Numbered from the stretch's first letter, positions 1-8,944 are shown. The stretch is DNA of 45,446 bases from a virus (IMGVR_UViG_3300037484_000495:1-45446), one strand, 5' to 3'. Numbers and translations are program-made. Notes: generated by a model from the sequence alone, not told the origin.

Positions 1-127
1 TCCCGCCAGCCAGCGAGCGTTTCGCCGAGGGGCAGCCACCGGTGCGCGTTCCTGAGCTGGCGGGGATCTTGGGCTGCTCGCGGGCCTGGCTCTACAAGCT
101 GATCGGGGCTGGGGTGCTCCACCCCGG
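1..127. repeat. 127-bp terminal overlap, identical to 45320-45446 (circular assembly)
   Basis: tcccgccagccagcgagc...ccaccccgg is present at both ends; an ORF reads continuously across the join. Confidence 0.97.
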
Positions 128-206
128 GCGCATCGGCTCCGACTTCCGGATCCCGGTCCATGAGGCGCGCCAACTCGCGCGCGAGGCCGGGGTGCTCAGG
201 GAGTAG
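1..206 (+). CDS. 3' part of an excisionase-like (HTH_17/AlpA-type) DNA-binding protein that starts at GTG 45310 and crosses the join
   Basis: Manual translation MSLFPPASERFAEGQPPVRVPELAGILGCSRAWLYKLIGAGVLHPGRIGSDFRIPVHEARQLAREAGVLRE*; absent from the ORF track; stop TAG 204-206. Confidence 0.8.
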   Translation, partial: PPASERFAEGQPPVRVPELAGILGCSRAWLYKLIGAGVLHPGRIGSDFRIPVHEARQLAREAGVLRE

Positions 207-585
207 GCGCTTCTCGGTCTTTCCGGATCGCCTCGGTCTCGGCTTCGAGTGCGGCCATGGGGCAGTCGTTGTGATGGCTGTCCCGTGCCGAGCCATCAGC
301 GGGGCCCCAGCCGCACCATGGGCAGTCGCCCATCTCGTCCCGGTAGTCGTCGTCGCGCTGATTGTCACCAACCGCCAGGATCAGCCCCCGGAGCCGACGC
401 ACCTCGCGGAGCACTCGGCGCAGATCGTCCGTGTCGAACGTGGTCTTGTTCGGCTCATCCCCGACGCTCCCGAGTACCACCACGAAAGCCGACTCGCCGT
501 CCGGGTGGAGGTGCGGAAGCCAAGCCTCTAACCGTTCCAGCTCAGCCTCACTGATCCGCTGCGCTTGCCCGGTCGTCTGTTCCAT
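196..585 (-). CDS. hypothetical protein, paralog of 29662-30126, with CPWC...H..DC metal-binding motif
   Basis: MEQTTGQAQRISEAEL...; TAGACT -10 lies 6 nt upstream of the ATG (leaderless-like); three sequence blocks shared with 29662-30126. Confidence 0.75.
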   Translation of the reverse strand: MEQTTGQAQRISEAELERLEAWLPHLHPDGESAFVVVLGSVGDEPNKTTFDTDDLRRVLREVRRLRGLILAVGDNQRDDDYRDEMGDCPWCGWGPADGSARDSHHNDCPMAALEAETEAIRKDREAPTP

Positions 586-677
586 GCACACAGTCTACAC
601 CCACAAACAAGCGCACAAGGCACACAAGGGAACGCAGACCGTAGACTTGCACGCGGGGCACGTCGCATCCTTGCGGC
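586..677. promoter_or_regulatory. divergent promoter region between the minus-strand gene and the capsid gene
   Basis: TAGACT on both strands (AGTCTAC 592-598, GTAGACT 641-647) flanking ACAAG direct repeats at 607, 615, 624. Confidence 0.5.
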
Positions 678-3119
678 ATGCTCAGTCTGGAGCAGCTGCG
701 CGACGCGATCCGCGCGGCTCTCGAAGCCAAGCTAGGCCCCGCCTGGAATGAGGGTGTCGACCACTGGTGCATCAAGGCCACGTTCGCCGACGGGGTGATC
801 ATCGACCAGGCCGGGAAGCTCTCGCGCCTCGCCATCGCGGTCGACCTCTTCGACGAGGTCCAGCTCGGCGAGCCGGAGCCGGTCGAGATGGTCTATCGCA
901 AGCTCGAGGCCGCCCTCGTTGAGGGCTACGGCGGCGGCCGGATCCTCGGCCCCCTGACTGCCCCCGGGTTCGAGAAGCTGACCGAGGCCGAGAAGACGGC
1001 GCAGGCCGGCTCTCTGTGGGCGGCCGTCGCCATCCAGGCCGGGACCTCGAAGAACCGGAACCACTACCCGGAGAGCGTGCTGCGCACCGCGGCACCGCTC
1101 TACGAGGGGGCCAAGGTCTTCCTCAACCACGAGTTGCGCGAGGACGTGATGCGCGATCCTCGCGACCTCGCCGGCCGCTTCCGCGAGGCGAAGTTCGCCC
1201 TCATCGAGGGGGAGCACGGACCCGTGGGCGCCGTGATCGGAACGCTCAAGATCACGGACAAGAAACAGCGCGAGCGGATGCTCGAGGCCGAGGCGGCGGG
1301 CGAAATCGACCTCTACGGGCTCTCGCACACGGCGCAGACCGAGGCCGAGTATCAGAAGCTCGCCGACGGCCCCGCGCTCGTGGTGAACCGGATCCGGGCG
1401 GTCGAGTCCCTGGACATCGTGTCGTTTCCATCGGCGGGCGGCCGGATGCTGCGGCTCGTCGCCGGCATGTCGTCTCCGGTGCCAGTCACCGAGGAGGGTC
1501 TGATGAAGTTCGCCGACAAGCTCAAGAAGCTGCAGGAAGGCGCAGCCGACCTGTACAAGCTGCTTTCCGCCCAGCCGACGGAGGCCGAAGTCGACGCTCT
1601 CCTGAAGGTGATGGAGGCGAAGGCCGCCACTCCGCCGCCCGCGGCCGTCGTGACGCCTCCCGCGGCCGTCGTCGCCCCGGCGCTCAGCGACGCGGACCGC
1701 TCGCTGTTGGCCGAGGTCCGCTCGGGACAGCGCGCCTCGATGGTCGAGGCGGCCCTACGCGGCGTGAACCTCCCCGAGGCCATGGCCGAGGAGCTGCGCA
1801 AGGAGCTGATCGCCCGCGAGGGCCTGACCACCGAGACCGCGAAGGCGGCCGTCGAGGCCAAGGTCGCCGTGGCGACCCGCGTCCTCGAGGGCTCGCGCGG
1901 CATCGGCTTCGGCGCCGGCATCACGATCGAGGGCGGCCAGGACGGCGCCGAGAAGGCGCTCAACCGCCTCGACGACATCATGATGTCCGACGCCTCGTCC
2001 GAGGCCCTGAAGGTCTACGAGTCGATCGCGGGCCGCAAGGCGACGCGTCCCGACTCGTACTCGATCCGCGGCGCCTACGTGGACATCACCGGCGACCGTC
2101 GCCCCTTCGGCCAGAGCACCTCCCGCGAGGGCCTGGTCAACATGGAGCGCTATCGGCCGATCCTGGCCAAGCGCACCATCGAGGGCCGTCGCGTGATGGA
2201 GGCCTCGGCGCTGCTGCTCACCACGTGGACCGAGGTCTTCGGAGACTCCGTCGCGCGCCGGATGATCTCGGAGTATCGCTCCGACGTGGGCATGGACAAC
2301 TGGCGGAAGATCGCGTCCGTCGTGCCCCTGAACGACTTCCGGACCCAGCACCGGATCCGCGTCGGCGGGTTCGGCGACCTCTCGACCGTCACGATAGACG
2401 CCGACTACACCGTGCTCGCAGCGCCCGGCGACGAAGAGGTCACCTACGCGGCGGCGAAGCGCGGGAACTTCTTCGACCTCGCCTGGGAGACCCTGGTCAA
2501 CGACGACCTCGGTCAGGTCCGCTCGATCCCGGTCCGCATGGGCAAGAGCGCGGCCCGGACCCTCTTCAAGTTCGTCACGTCGACGCTGTGCGCGGCAAAC
2601 CCCACCGTCGACTACGACAGCGTCGCCCTCTTCGTGGCCGCCCACAGCAACATCATCACGAGCGCGCTCTCGCCGAGCCAGATCTCGGTGGCGCGCCAGA
2701 AGATGGCCGCGCAGACCGACATGTCGACGAGCGAGAAGCTCAACCTCTTCCCCTCGTGGCTGATGGTGCCGGTCGAGCTCGAGGAGATCGGTTGGCGCAT
2801 CGTCAACGTCCCGGTCGCGAACGTCGCCGGCCAGAACGCCACAGAGCCGAGCTATCAGCGCTCGCTCGGGCTGAACCAGCTGATCGTGAACCCCTACCTG
2901 ACGGACACCAACAACTGGTTCGTCGGCGCGGACAAGGGCTCCTGCCCCTTCATCGAGATCGGCTTCCTGTTCGGGCAGGAGGAACCCACGATCGTGGTGG
3001 GCGACCAACAGGCGGTCGACCCGTACTTCATCGCGGACCGCATCCGCTACAAGATCCGCCACGTCTACGGCGGCGACGTGGTCGACCACCGCGGCGTCGT
3101 CGGCGGGATCGTGGCCTAG
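678..3119 (+). CDS. prohead protease-scaffold-major capsid protein fusion (Mu gpT-like capsid domain)
   Basis: Protease-type motifs SKNRNHYP, KVFLNH, GLSH, SLDIVSFPSAGG; Ala/Pro-rich linker; C-terminal LIVNPYL..NWF...IEIGFLFGQEEP...YKIRHVYGGDVVDHRG resembles gpT-like capsids; lies downstream of portal and gpF. Confidence 0.88.
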   Translation: MLSLEQLRDAIRAALEAKLGPAWNEGVDHWCIKATFADGVIIDQAGKLSRLAIAVDLFDEVQLGEPEPVEMVYRKLEAALVEGYGGGRILGPLTAPGFEKLTEAEKTAQAGSLWAAVAIQAGTSKNRNHYPESVLRTAAPLYEGAKVFLNHELREDVMRDPRDLAGRFREAKFALIEGEHGPVGAVIGTLKITDKKQRERMLEAEAAGEIDLYGLSHTAQTEAEYQKLADGPALVVNRIRAVESLDIVSFPSAGGRMLRLVAGMSSPVPVTEEGLMKFADKLKKLQEGAADLYKLLSAQPTEAEVDALLKVMEAKAATPPPAAVVTPPAAVVAPALSDADRSLLAEVRSGQRASMVEAALRGVNLPEAMAEELRKELIAREGLTTETAKAAVEAKVAVATRVLEGSRGIGFGAGITIEGGQDGAEKALNRLDDIMMSDASSEALKVYESIAGRKATRPDSYSIRGAYVDITGDRRPFGQSTSREGLVNMERYRPILAKRTIEGRRVMEASALLLTTWTEVFGDSVARRMISEYRSDVGMDNWRKIASVVPLNDFRTQHRIRVGGFGDLSTVTIDADYTVLAAPGDEEVTYAAAKRGNFFDLAWETLVNDDLGQVRSIPVRMGKSAARTLFKFVTSTLCAANPTVDYDSVALFVAAHSNIITSALSPSQISVARQKMAAQTDMSTSEKLNLFPSWLMVPVELEEIGWRIVNVPVANVAGQNATEPSYQRSLGLNQLIVNPYLTDTNNWFVGADKGSCPFIEIGFLFGQEEPTIVVGDQQAVDPYFIADRIRYKIRHVYGGDVVDHRGVVGGIVA

Positions 3120-3135
3120 AAGCCAGGGGATCAGC

Positions 3136-3159
3136 GAGGGGCGCAAGGTCGCGCCCCTC
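3136..3159 (+). terminator. GC-rich hairpin after the capsid gene (weak terminator or mRNA-stabilising stem)
   Basis: GAGGGGCGC-aaggtc-GCGCCCCTC perfect 9-bp stem; no U tract. Confidence 0.45.
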
Positions 3160-3190
3160 CTCCTCGAAACAGGAACAGGAGACAAGGTCC

Positions 3191-4276
3191 ATGACGAGCA
3201 AGATCCTCCGAACCGCAGCGGCCATCGCGGCCCTGATGGCCCTGGCGCTGGTGCCGGCTTTCGCGGCCACCCCGCAGAGCCCCTACGTGGCGACCGTGGC
3301 GGCCACCCAGGCCAACACGACCACGACCTTCAGCTTCGACACTGCAGAAACCGTCTTCATCTCGAATGACGGGGCCAACGAGATCTATGTGAGGTGGGGC
3401 GCGGTCGCCGTCGCAGCCGCCACCACGAACATCCAGATCCCGGCTTACAAGAGCAAGAGTTTCACCTTCGCGCCGGGCCAGGGTCCCGGATCGGTCGGCA
3501 TCATCTGCTCGGGCGGCGAGACCGCTACGGTTCGTGTGGAGGCCTACCCTGCTGGCGTGTTCGCTCCCGGTCCGGGGGGTGTTGTCGAGGGCGGTGCGGC
3601 TTCGACCGTCAGCGGCGCCCAGACGATCGGCTCGCTCGCGACCACGACCACAATGGACGTCGGGACGGACCTGACCGTCGGTGGCACGGCGGAGGTCACC
3701 GGCACGCTGACGCAGACTGGCATCGCGACCTTCACGGCCGCGCCCGTCATGTCGGCGCTGACCGCGTCGCGCCTGGTTGTCACCGGAGCCGGCAAGGCGC
3801 TCGCCTCTAATGGCGCCATCACCACGAGCAACGTCCCGAAGTCGGCGTCCTCGGGCGCGTCGCTCGCTGACAGCTCGATCTCCGACAATGGGACGCTCGT
3901 CACGATCACGAGTGAGCCCCTGTCGGTCACCGGCGCCTACGTCAAGGGGCTCCTGCTGATCTCGGTACCCCAGGCGCAGACGGTCGCCGACGACGCCGGT
4001 GGTACGAACGCCCCCGCGACGTTGCTACCGACGGCCAGTGTCGTCCTCGTGACCTGCAACGACGCCCAGGGCTGCGACGAGACCTTCGACGAGACGGGCG
4101 CCGTGAGCGGAACGATCGTCCAGGTCGTCAACCTCTCGGCGGTCCCGGTGACCTTCGCCGACACGGGAGGGCTCTCGGAGACGGTCGGGGCGCTGAGCCT
4201 CGGCCAATACGACTCGGTCACCTTCCTCTACGCGGGTGACCGCTTCGTGCAGATGTCCGCGGTGGTCAACAACTAG
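3191..4276 (+). CDS. putative head decoration/fibre protein with signal-peptide-like N-terminus
   Basis: Start ATG 3191 after AGGAG; MTSKILRTAAAIAALMALALVPAFA-ATP; Thr/Ala/Gly/Val-rich beta-type body; immediately after the capsid gene. Confidence 0.7.
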   Translation: MTSKILRTAAAIAALMALALVPAFAATPQSPYVATVAATQANTTTTFSFDTAETVFISNDGANEIYVRWGAVAVAAATTNIQIPAYKSKSFTFAPGQGPGSVGIICSGGETATVRVEAYPAGVFAPGPGGVVEGGAASTVSGAQTIGSLATTTTMDVGTDLTVGGTAEVTGTLTQTGIATFTAAPVMSALTASRLVVTGAGKALASNGAITTSNVPKSASSGASLADSSISDNGTLVTITSEPLSVTGAYVKGLLLISVPQAQTVADDAGGTNAPATLLPTASVVLVTCNDAQGCDETFDETGAVSGTIVQVVNLSAVPVTFADTGGLSETVGALSLGQYDSVTFLYAGDRFVQMSAVVNN

Positions 4277-4306
4277 CGCGGGCACATTCAGGGAGAGAGG
4301 CTCCAC

Positions 4307-4573
4307 ATGGAGGAAGTCGGCGTCCCGGTCCAGTTCGACGCCACCGGAGACATCAGCGATCAGTTCGGCATCCTCCTGCGGAGCCTTGTCCTCACAGCCG
4401 GCGCCGGCGCGGCAGCTACGGCGGTCATCAAGAACGGCGGTGCTGCGGGAACGGCGGTGCTCACGCTGGCCGCCGTGCAGGGAACCTCCACCGTCGTCCC
4501 CGGCCCGCTGAAGATCGACAAGCCCCACCTGACACTCGGCGGCGCCGCGGCGGCGTTCAGCGTCGCACTGTAG
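4307..4573 (+). CDS. small virion protein (hypothetical)
   Basis: GA-rich RBS, 88 aa beta-rich, located in the head-neck module. Confidence 0.7.
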   Translation: MEEVGVPVQFDATGDISDQFGILLRSLVLTAGAGAAATAVIKNGGAAGTAVLTLAAVQGTSTVVPGPLKIDKPHLTLGGAAAAFSVAL

Positions 4574-4588
4574 GGGGCGGCCAGGGAA

Positions 4589-5302
4589 ATGGCCACCACT
4601 ACAACCACGATCGACGCGAAGGTTGTCCACCGTCTCCAGGATGCGGCGTCGAAGCTCGGATCCCTGACGGCAGGCAACTCGCCGCAGCGGCTCGAAGCAA
4701 TCGCCTCCGCGCGAGCCGAGTACGAGCGGAGCTATCCGCTCGAGAAGGTGGTCCAGATCGCGGGCGCGGGCGCTTTCGACTACGCGGTGAGCGCTACCAA
4801 CTTCCCCGGTTTCGTGGATGGCTGGTCTGACTTCCTGCGGATCGTGTATCCGTACACCGCTGCCGACCAGAACATGAGCGCGCTCGACGAGGCGGACTAT
4901 GGACTCGTCCGCTTGCCCAGCGGGCTGTTCCTGCGCTTCGCCAACGCTACTCCGGCGGCCACCGAGCTGTTCCTCGCCTGGTACAGCGCACAGCACACGC
5001 TTAGCGCGTCGACCTCAACGATTCCGGTCTCTGACGATGACGCGCTCGCCGACTTGGCGGCGTGCTACGCATGCGAGATGCTGGCCGGCTACTACACACA
5101 GGCCTCGGATCCGACGCAGCAGGCCGACACTGTGGACCGCAGGAGCCAGGGGGATCAGTACCGGAGCCAAGCCAAGCGCTGGCGCGACGCCTACAACGCG
5201 AAGATGGCGTTGCTCACTACGCAGCGAGCGGCCATGGCAATCGCGGACCTGAATCCTCCGGCCTCAATGGGGCGCGGCGAGCGCCTCCTTTTCCACGACT
5301 AG
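4589..5302 (+). CDS. head-tail adaptor-like protein
   Basis: Position; C-terminal LADLAACYAC...DTVDRRSQGDQYRSQAKRWRDAY is adaptor-like. Confidence 0.6.
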   Translation: MATTTTTIDAKVVHRLQDAASKLGSLTAGNSPQRLEAIASARAEYERSYPLEKVVQIAGAGAFDYAVSATNFPGFVDGWSDFLRIVYPYTAADQNMSALDEADYGLVRLPSGLFLRFANATPAATELFLAWYSAQHTLSASTSTIPVSDDDALADLAACYACEMLAGYYTQASDPTQQADTVDRRSQGDQYRSQAKRWRDAYNAKMALLTTQRAAMAIADLNPPASMGRGERLLFHD

Positions 5303-5307
5303 CGCCA

Positions 5308-5811
5308 ATGGCAAGCCTCTCCATCGAGTTCAAGGTCCCGAACGTCCCGCTCTTCGACGACCGCGGGCCGAAGGTGATCGACGAGGAGCTACGCGCGGCC
5401 GTCGGCGCCGGGGCACAGCTACTCAAGGGCGAGATCATCCCGCTCATGCCGGTCGGGGCGACCGGACTTTTCCGGCAGGGCGTACAGGTGAGCGTCACTG
5501 GCGAGGGCGTGACAGTGACGGGCCGCGTCTTCGATGCGGTGTCGTACGCCGCGGCGGCGGACCTCGGCACCCGTCCTCACTGGCCGCCGCGGGCGCCGAT
5601 TGAGCTGTGGGTGCGGCGAAAGCTCGGGATCAGCGACGAGCGCCAAGCGAAGTCCGTGGCGTTCCTGATCTGCCGCGCGATCAGTCGCCGGGGCACCAAG
5701 GGCGCCGGCTCATTCCGGGCCGGCTTCGACGCTGGCAAGGACCGCGTGATGCACCTCTTCGAGCGCGCCAACGCGCGGATCGTCGCGCGCCTCACGGGAG
5801 GGCAGCCTTGA
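5308..5811 (+). CDS. HK97 gp10-like neck protein
   Basis: Start ATG 5308; PVGATGLFR...YAAAADLGTRPHWPP..PIELWV..K...I.R.ISRRGT. Confidence 0.75.
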   Translation: MASLSIEFKVPNVPLFDDRGPKVIDEELRAAVGAGAQLLKGEIIPLMPVGATGLFRQGVQVSVTGEGVTVTGRVFDAVSYAAAADLGTRPHWPPRAPIELWVRRKLGISDERQAKSVAFLICRAISRRGTKGAGSFRAGFDAGKDRVMHLFERANARIVARLTGGQP

Positions 5812-6302
5812 GCCTTCTCGTGCAGGGTCCGCTCGTCCGCGCGCAGGTCAAGGTGGTCCTGGCGGGGTCCGTAACCAACGCTGCACCGGTGTACGACTGG
5901 CTGCGGAACCTCACCAGCGGGGACGCAATCGCCTCGCTCGCCACCGACAACACCGGGCGGTTCCATTTCTGGATGTTCGGGCTCAGCGGGGCCGAGCCGG
6001 TGAGCGTGACACGCCTTCCCGGTCGGCTCAACCGTTGCGTGGTCCAGTGGGAAATCCACGGCTACTACGCCGAGCAGGATCTTGCCGCGAGCGAGAAGAC
6101 GTTCGAGAACGAGGTCGCGGCGGTGATGGACGCTTTCGAGGGCGCCGACGCCATGCGGCTCAAGGCCGGCGGCGTGAACCTCGTGACGGAGTCGGGCCCT
6201 GCGCAGCGGTCGACGGCGGGGCTGGTGATGATCGGCTCGACCCTCTGCAACTACGCGCGGTTGAGCCTGCCGACCGTCCTGCACTTGGGGTACCAGTCAT
6301 GA
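5808..6302 (+). CDS. tail terminator/completion-like protein
   Basis: TTG start overlapping the previous TGA; size and position before the tail tube gene. Confidence 0.55.
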   Translation: MSLLVQGPLVRAQVKVVLAGSVTNAAPVYDWLRNLTSGDAIASLATDNTGRFHFWMFGLSGAEPVSVTRLPGRLNRCVVQWEIHGYYAEQDLAASEKTFENEVAAVMDAFEGADAMRLKAGGVNLVTESGPAQRSTAGLVMIGSTLCNYARLSLPTVLHLGYQS

Positions 6303-6751
6303 CCGAAGCGAAGGTCTACGCGGCGCACGAGGGGGCGACGGTCCATCTGGCGGGCTACGGTCCCGCCACGGCCACGAAGCCGGCCATCGTCCCCGAGAAG
6401 GTCGGCCAGGAGCTCGCCGGACTCCGCCCGCCGATGCCCGCGTGCGACGCCGTACGGGTGGAGTTCGCGCTCGCCCCAGGTGTGTACGCGGCCCCGGAGC
6501 TCGTCGCTGCGGTCGGCGGGCTTGGCCTCGTGCTCGAGCCCACTCCCGAAGGCCGCCCGATCGTGACCGCCGAGCCGGAGCCTGCGGATTTCGTCTTCCC
6601 AGCGGACGCGGTGGCCCTGCCCGAGCCGGAGGCCGCCCCGGAGCCACCCCCACGGCTCGCCCGAGGGCGCAGGTTCAAGAATCGTCCAGCCGATGAGCCG
6701 GTGGACACGGCAGCGCCGGACGCGGCGCCGCCCGCAGAGAGTGAGGAGTAA
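6299..6751 (+). CDS. hypothetical protein (Pro/Glu-rich)
   Basis: ATGA overlap with the upstream stop; MTEAKVYAAHEG... Confidence 0.65.
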   Translation: MTEAKVYAAHEGATVHLAGYGPATATKPAIVPEKVGQELAGLRPPMPACDAVRVEFALAPGVYAAPELVAAVGGLGLVLEPTPEGRPIVTAEPEPADFVFPADAVALPEPEAAPEPPPRLARGRRFKNRPADEPVDTAAPDAAPPAESEE

Positions 6752-6756
6752 GGACA

Positions 6757-8319
6757 ATGCCGATTACGAGACCCCTCGGCCACGAAGTAGAGTTTGCCGT
6801 TCAGAAGGAATCCGGTGGCTACGGCGTCGACCCCGGCGCGGTCGGCGCGGGCGACTTCTTCGTCCACCAGGCCGGGCCCGACGCCATCAAGCGCGTGATC
6901 GCGCGCTTCGACCGGGACAAGGACGCTCGCTACAACAGCCACAGCGTCATCACCACGCAGAAGGGCCGCGAGTCGTCGACCTGGTCGCTCTCGATGCTCT
7001 TCTGCCCGTCGGGCGTGGCATCGGCCCCGACCGAGCCCGACATCGACGCCTTTCTCGAGGCGTGGATCAGCTCGAAGCACAAGGCGACCGCCCACACGAC
7101 CACTCGAGCGGGCTCCGCGGGCGTGGCGATCTGCCTGGCGGCCGGCGGCGGTGCGGCCTCGGGTCTCGCGGCGAAGGACATGTTCTCGGTCGACGTCGAC
7201 GGCGCCGGGGCATACGAGGTGCGCCAGGTCGTGAGCCTGGGCGCGGCCGTGTCGGCTACCGCGGCGATCGGAGCCGGTGTAGACGGAGTCGTGACCACGA
7301 CAGTCGATGCCGCAGGCACGGCGGGCAACACCTGGACGATCGAGGTCGTGGCTGGCGTCGGGCTCAACGTGGCCCTGAGCGCAAACACGGTGGGAACGGA
7401 CATCACGGTCACGCTCGGGACCGACGGGGCCGGGGCGCTGGACCCCACGAAGAACACCGCGACCCTGGTGGCCGGAGTAATCACTGCGCTGGCTCTCGTC
7501 ACGGCCGCCGCCAGCGGCACGGGCGCGACGCCCCTGGCCGCCCCCGAGGGGCCTACTACGTTCACGGGCGGGCTGGGGATCGGTGACAACCTCACGGTGG
7601 ACCGGGCCTTCACCTCGGGTCCGGCCGCGGGGCGCACGGTCAAGGTCGGGACGACATACCTGCTCTCCGCCTCGGCCGATCTGATCTCCCTCACGCTCAA
7701 GCAGTTCATCGACGGCGAGACCCGGAAGCGGAAGACCACCGGCAACAGCGTCTCCGATGGCGAGCTCAAGATCGCGCTGGGTGAGAAGACACCCGTCCTC
7801 ACGGTGACGCTCTCGGGCGCTGGCCAGGCCGACGAGGCGCTCGGCGACGCCAGGCCTGCCTCGCCGACGACGGCCGGTCAGCCACTCGTCCCGGACAACG
7901 TGCGCGTCTGGATCGGAACGGGCGCGGCCCCGGACGAGTTCACCCTCGCCGGAGACCTGAGCCTCACGTTCAACAACGGGATCGTCCTCTGTGAGAACGA
8001 GGGCGGGTCGCTCGAGCCGTCGCGGCTGAAGCGCACCGGGAACGACGGCAACTACATGGTGGGCATGTCCCTGGGGCTCTACGGGACAGAGGGGGACGAG
8101 GACACCCTCGCGCTGTTCGACGACGCGCAGACGCTCACGGCGAAGGACGTCCTGGTTCAGGTCGGGCGCGATCCCGGCGCCATCCTGGCCTGGCGCTGCC
8201 CGGCGTTCAAGTCCGAGCCGAGCCTGACGAAACTCGAGGGCGAGGTCGGGATCAACTACGGCGGCGGGCGGTGCTACGGAATCCTCGGCGACGACGAGCT
8301 GACGCTGTACGTCGGCTAG
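6757..8319 (+). CDS. major tail tube protein with inserted accessory domain
   Basis: GAGGAG RBS; N-terminal FAVQKESGGYGVDP; precedes the frameshifting chaperone and tape measure. Confidence 0.75.
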   Translation: MPITRPLGHEVEFAVQKESGGYGVDPGAVGAGDFFVHQAGPDAIKRVIARFDRDKDARYNSHSVITTQKGRESSTWSLSMLFCPSGVASAPTEPDIDAFLEAWISSKHKATAHTTTRAGSAGVAICLAAGGGAASGLAAKDMFSVDVDGAGAYEVRQVVSLGAAVSATAAIGAGVDGVVTTTVDAAGTAGNTWTIEVVAGVGLNVALSANTVGTDITVTLGTDGAGALDPTKNTATLVAGVITALALVTAAASGTGATPLAAPEGPTTFTGGLGIGDNLTVDRAFTSGPAAGRTVKVGTTYLLSASADLISLTLKQFIDGETRKRKTTGNSVSDGELKIALGEKTPVLTVTLSGAGQADEALGDARPASPTTAGQPLVPDNVRVWIGTGAAPDEFTLAGDLSLTFNNGIVLCENEGGSLEPSRLKRTGNDGNYMVGMSLGLYGTEGDEDTLALFDDAQTLTAKDVLVQVGRDPGAILAWRCPAFKSEPSLTKLEGEVGINYGGGRCYGILGDDELTLYVG

Positions 8320-8335
8320 GTGGGAGGGGCATCGA

Positions 8336-8944
8336 ATGAAGAAGCTGCTCAAGACGTGGCACGACTTCGAGGTCCAGGTCGCGGGCGAGACGATCAAGCT
8401 CCGGCTCCGGTCCCCCAGGGTCGGCGACTGCCCGGATTTCCTGCGCAAGGTGGACGAGTACGAGCAGGCGCTCAATAGGGCGGCCTGGGCGTTCATCGAG
8501 GCCCGCCGGGCGAAGATCCCGGCACCATTGCCGGAGCTGGGTGACGCGACGGTGGCTAAGAAGGATGAGGCCCCGCCTCTGCTCTCGGCCGAGGAAAGCG
8601 CCGCGATCGTCGCGAAGCATCCCGCGCTCTCGGATCCATTCCACGTGATCCAAGGCAACAGGGACGACGTGCGGACCCTCTTCGAGGCCTGCGTCCGGCC
8701 CGGCGAAGAGCTGGAGGATGAAGACGGACCGATCGCGACGGGCGCCGAAGTTCTGGACCGGGCGCTCAACCTGCTCGGGGTCCTCCGTGTCGTGCAGCGG
8801 CTCTCGCAGCTCTCGAGCCTGACGGTACTGGAGGGAAAAGTCTCCTCCTCGCCCTCCACGTCCTCCATGGCTCCGACGCCGACGCCTGGAAGTGGCGACT
8901 CGGATGCGACGTCCACCGGGCCCGAAGGTGGGATCGCGCCCTGA
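8336..8944 (+). CDS. tail assembly chaperone (gpG-like)
   Basis: GGAGG RBS; lies between tube and tape measure; slippery site at 8833-8839. Confidence 0.8.
   Translation: MKKLLKTWHDFEVQVAGETIKLRLRSPRVGDCPDFLRKVDEYEQALNRAAWAFIEARRAKIPAPLPELGDATVAKKDEAPPLLSAEESAAIVAKHPALSDPFHVIQGNRDDVRTLFEACVRPGEELEDEDGPIATGAEVLDRALNLLGVLRVVQRLSQLSSLTVLEGKVSSSPSTSSMAPTPTPGSGDSDATSTGPEGGIAP

Noticed and set aside
1016-3190. N-terminal two-thirds of the 1086-aa ORF, or a capsid frameshift fusion
   Set aside because: Arg/Gly-rich shadow frame of the capsid gene; real start is ATG 3191 with RBS; no slippery site seen at the capsid end
6355-8916. 853-aa minus-strand ORF
   Set aside because: Antisense shadow of tail genes in high-GC DNA; no motifs
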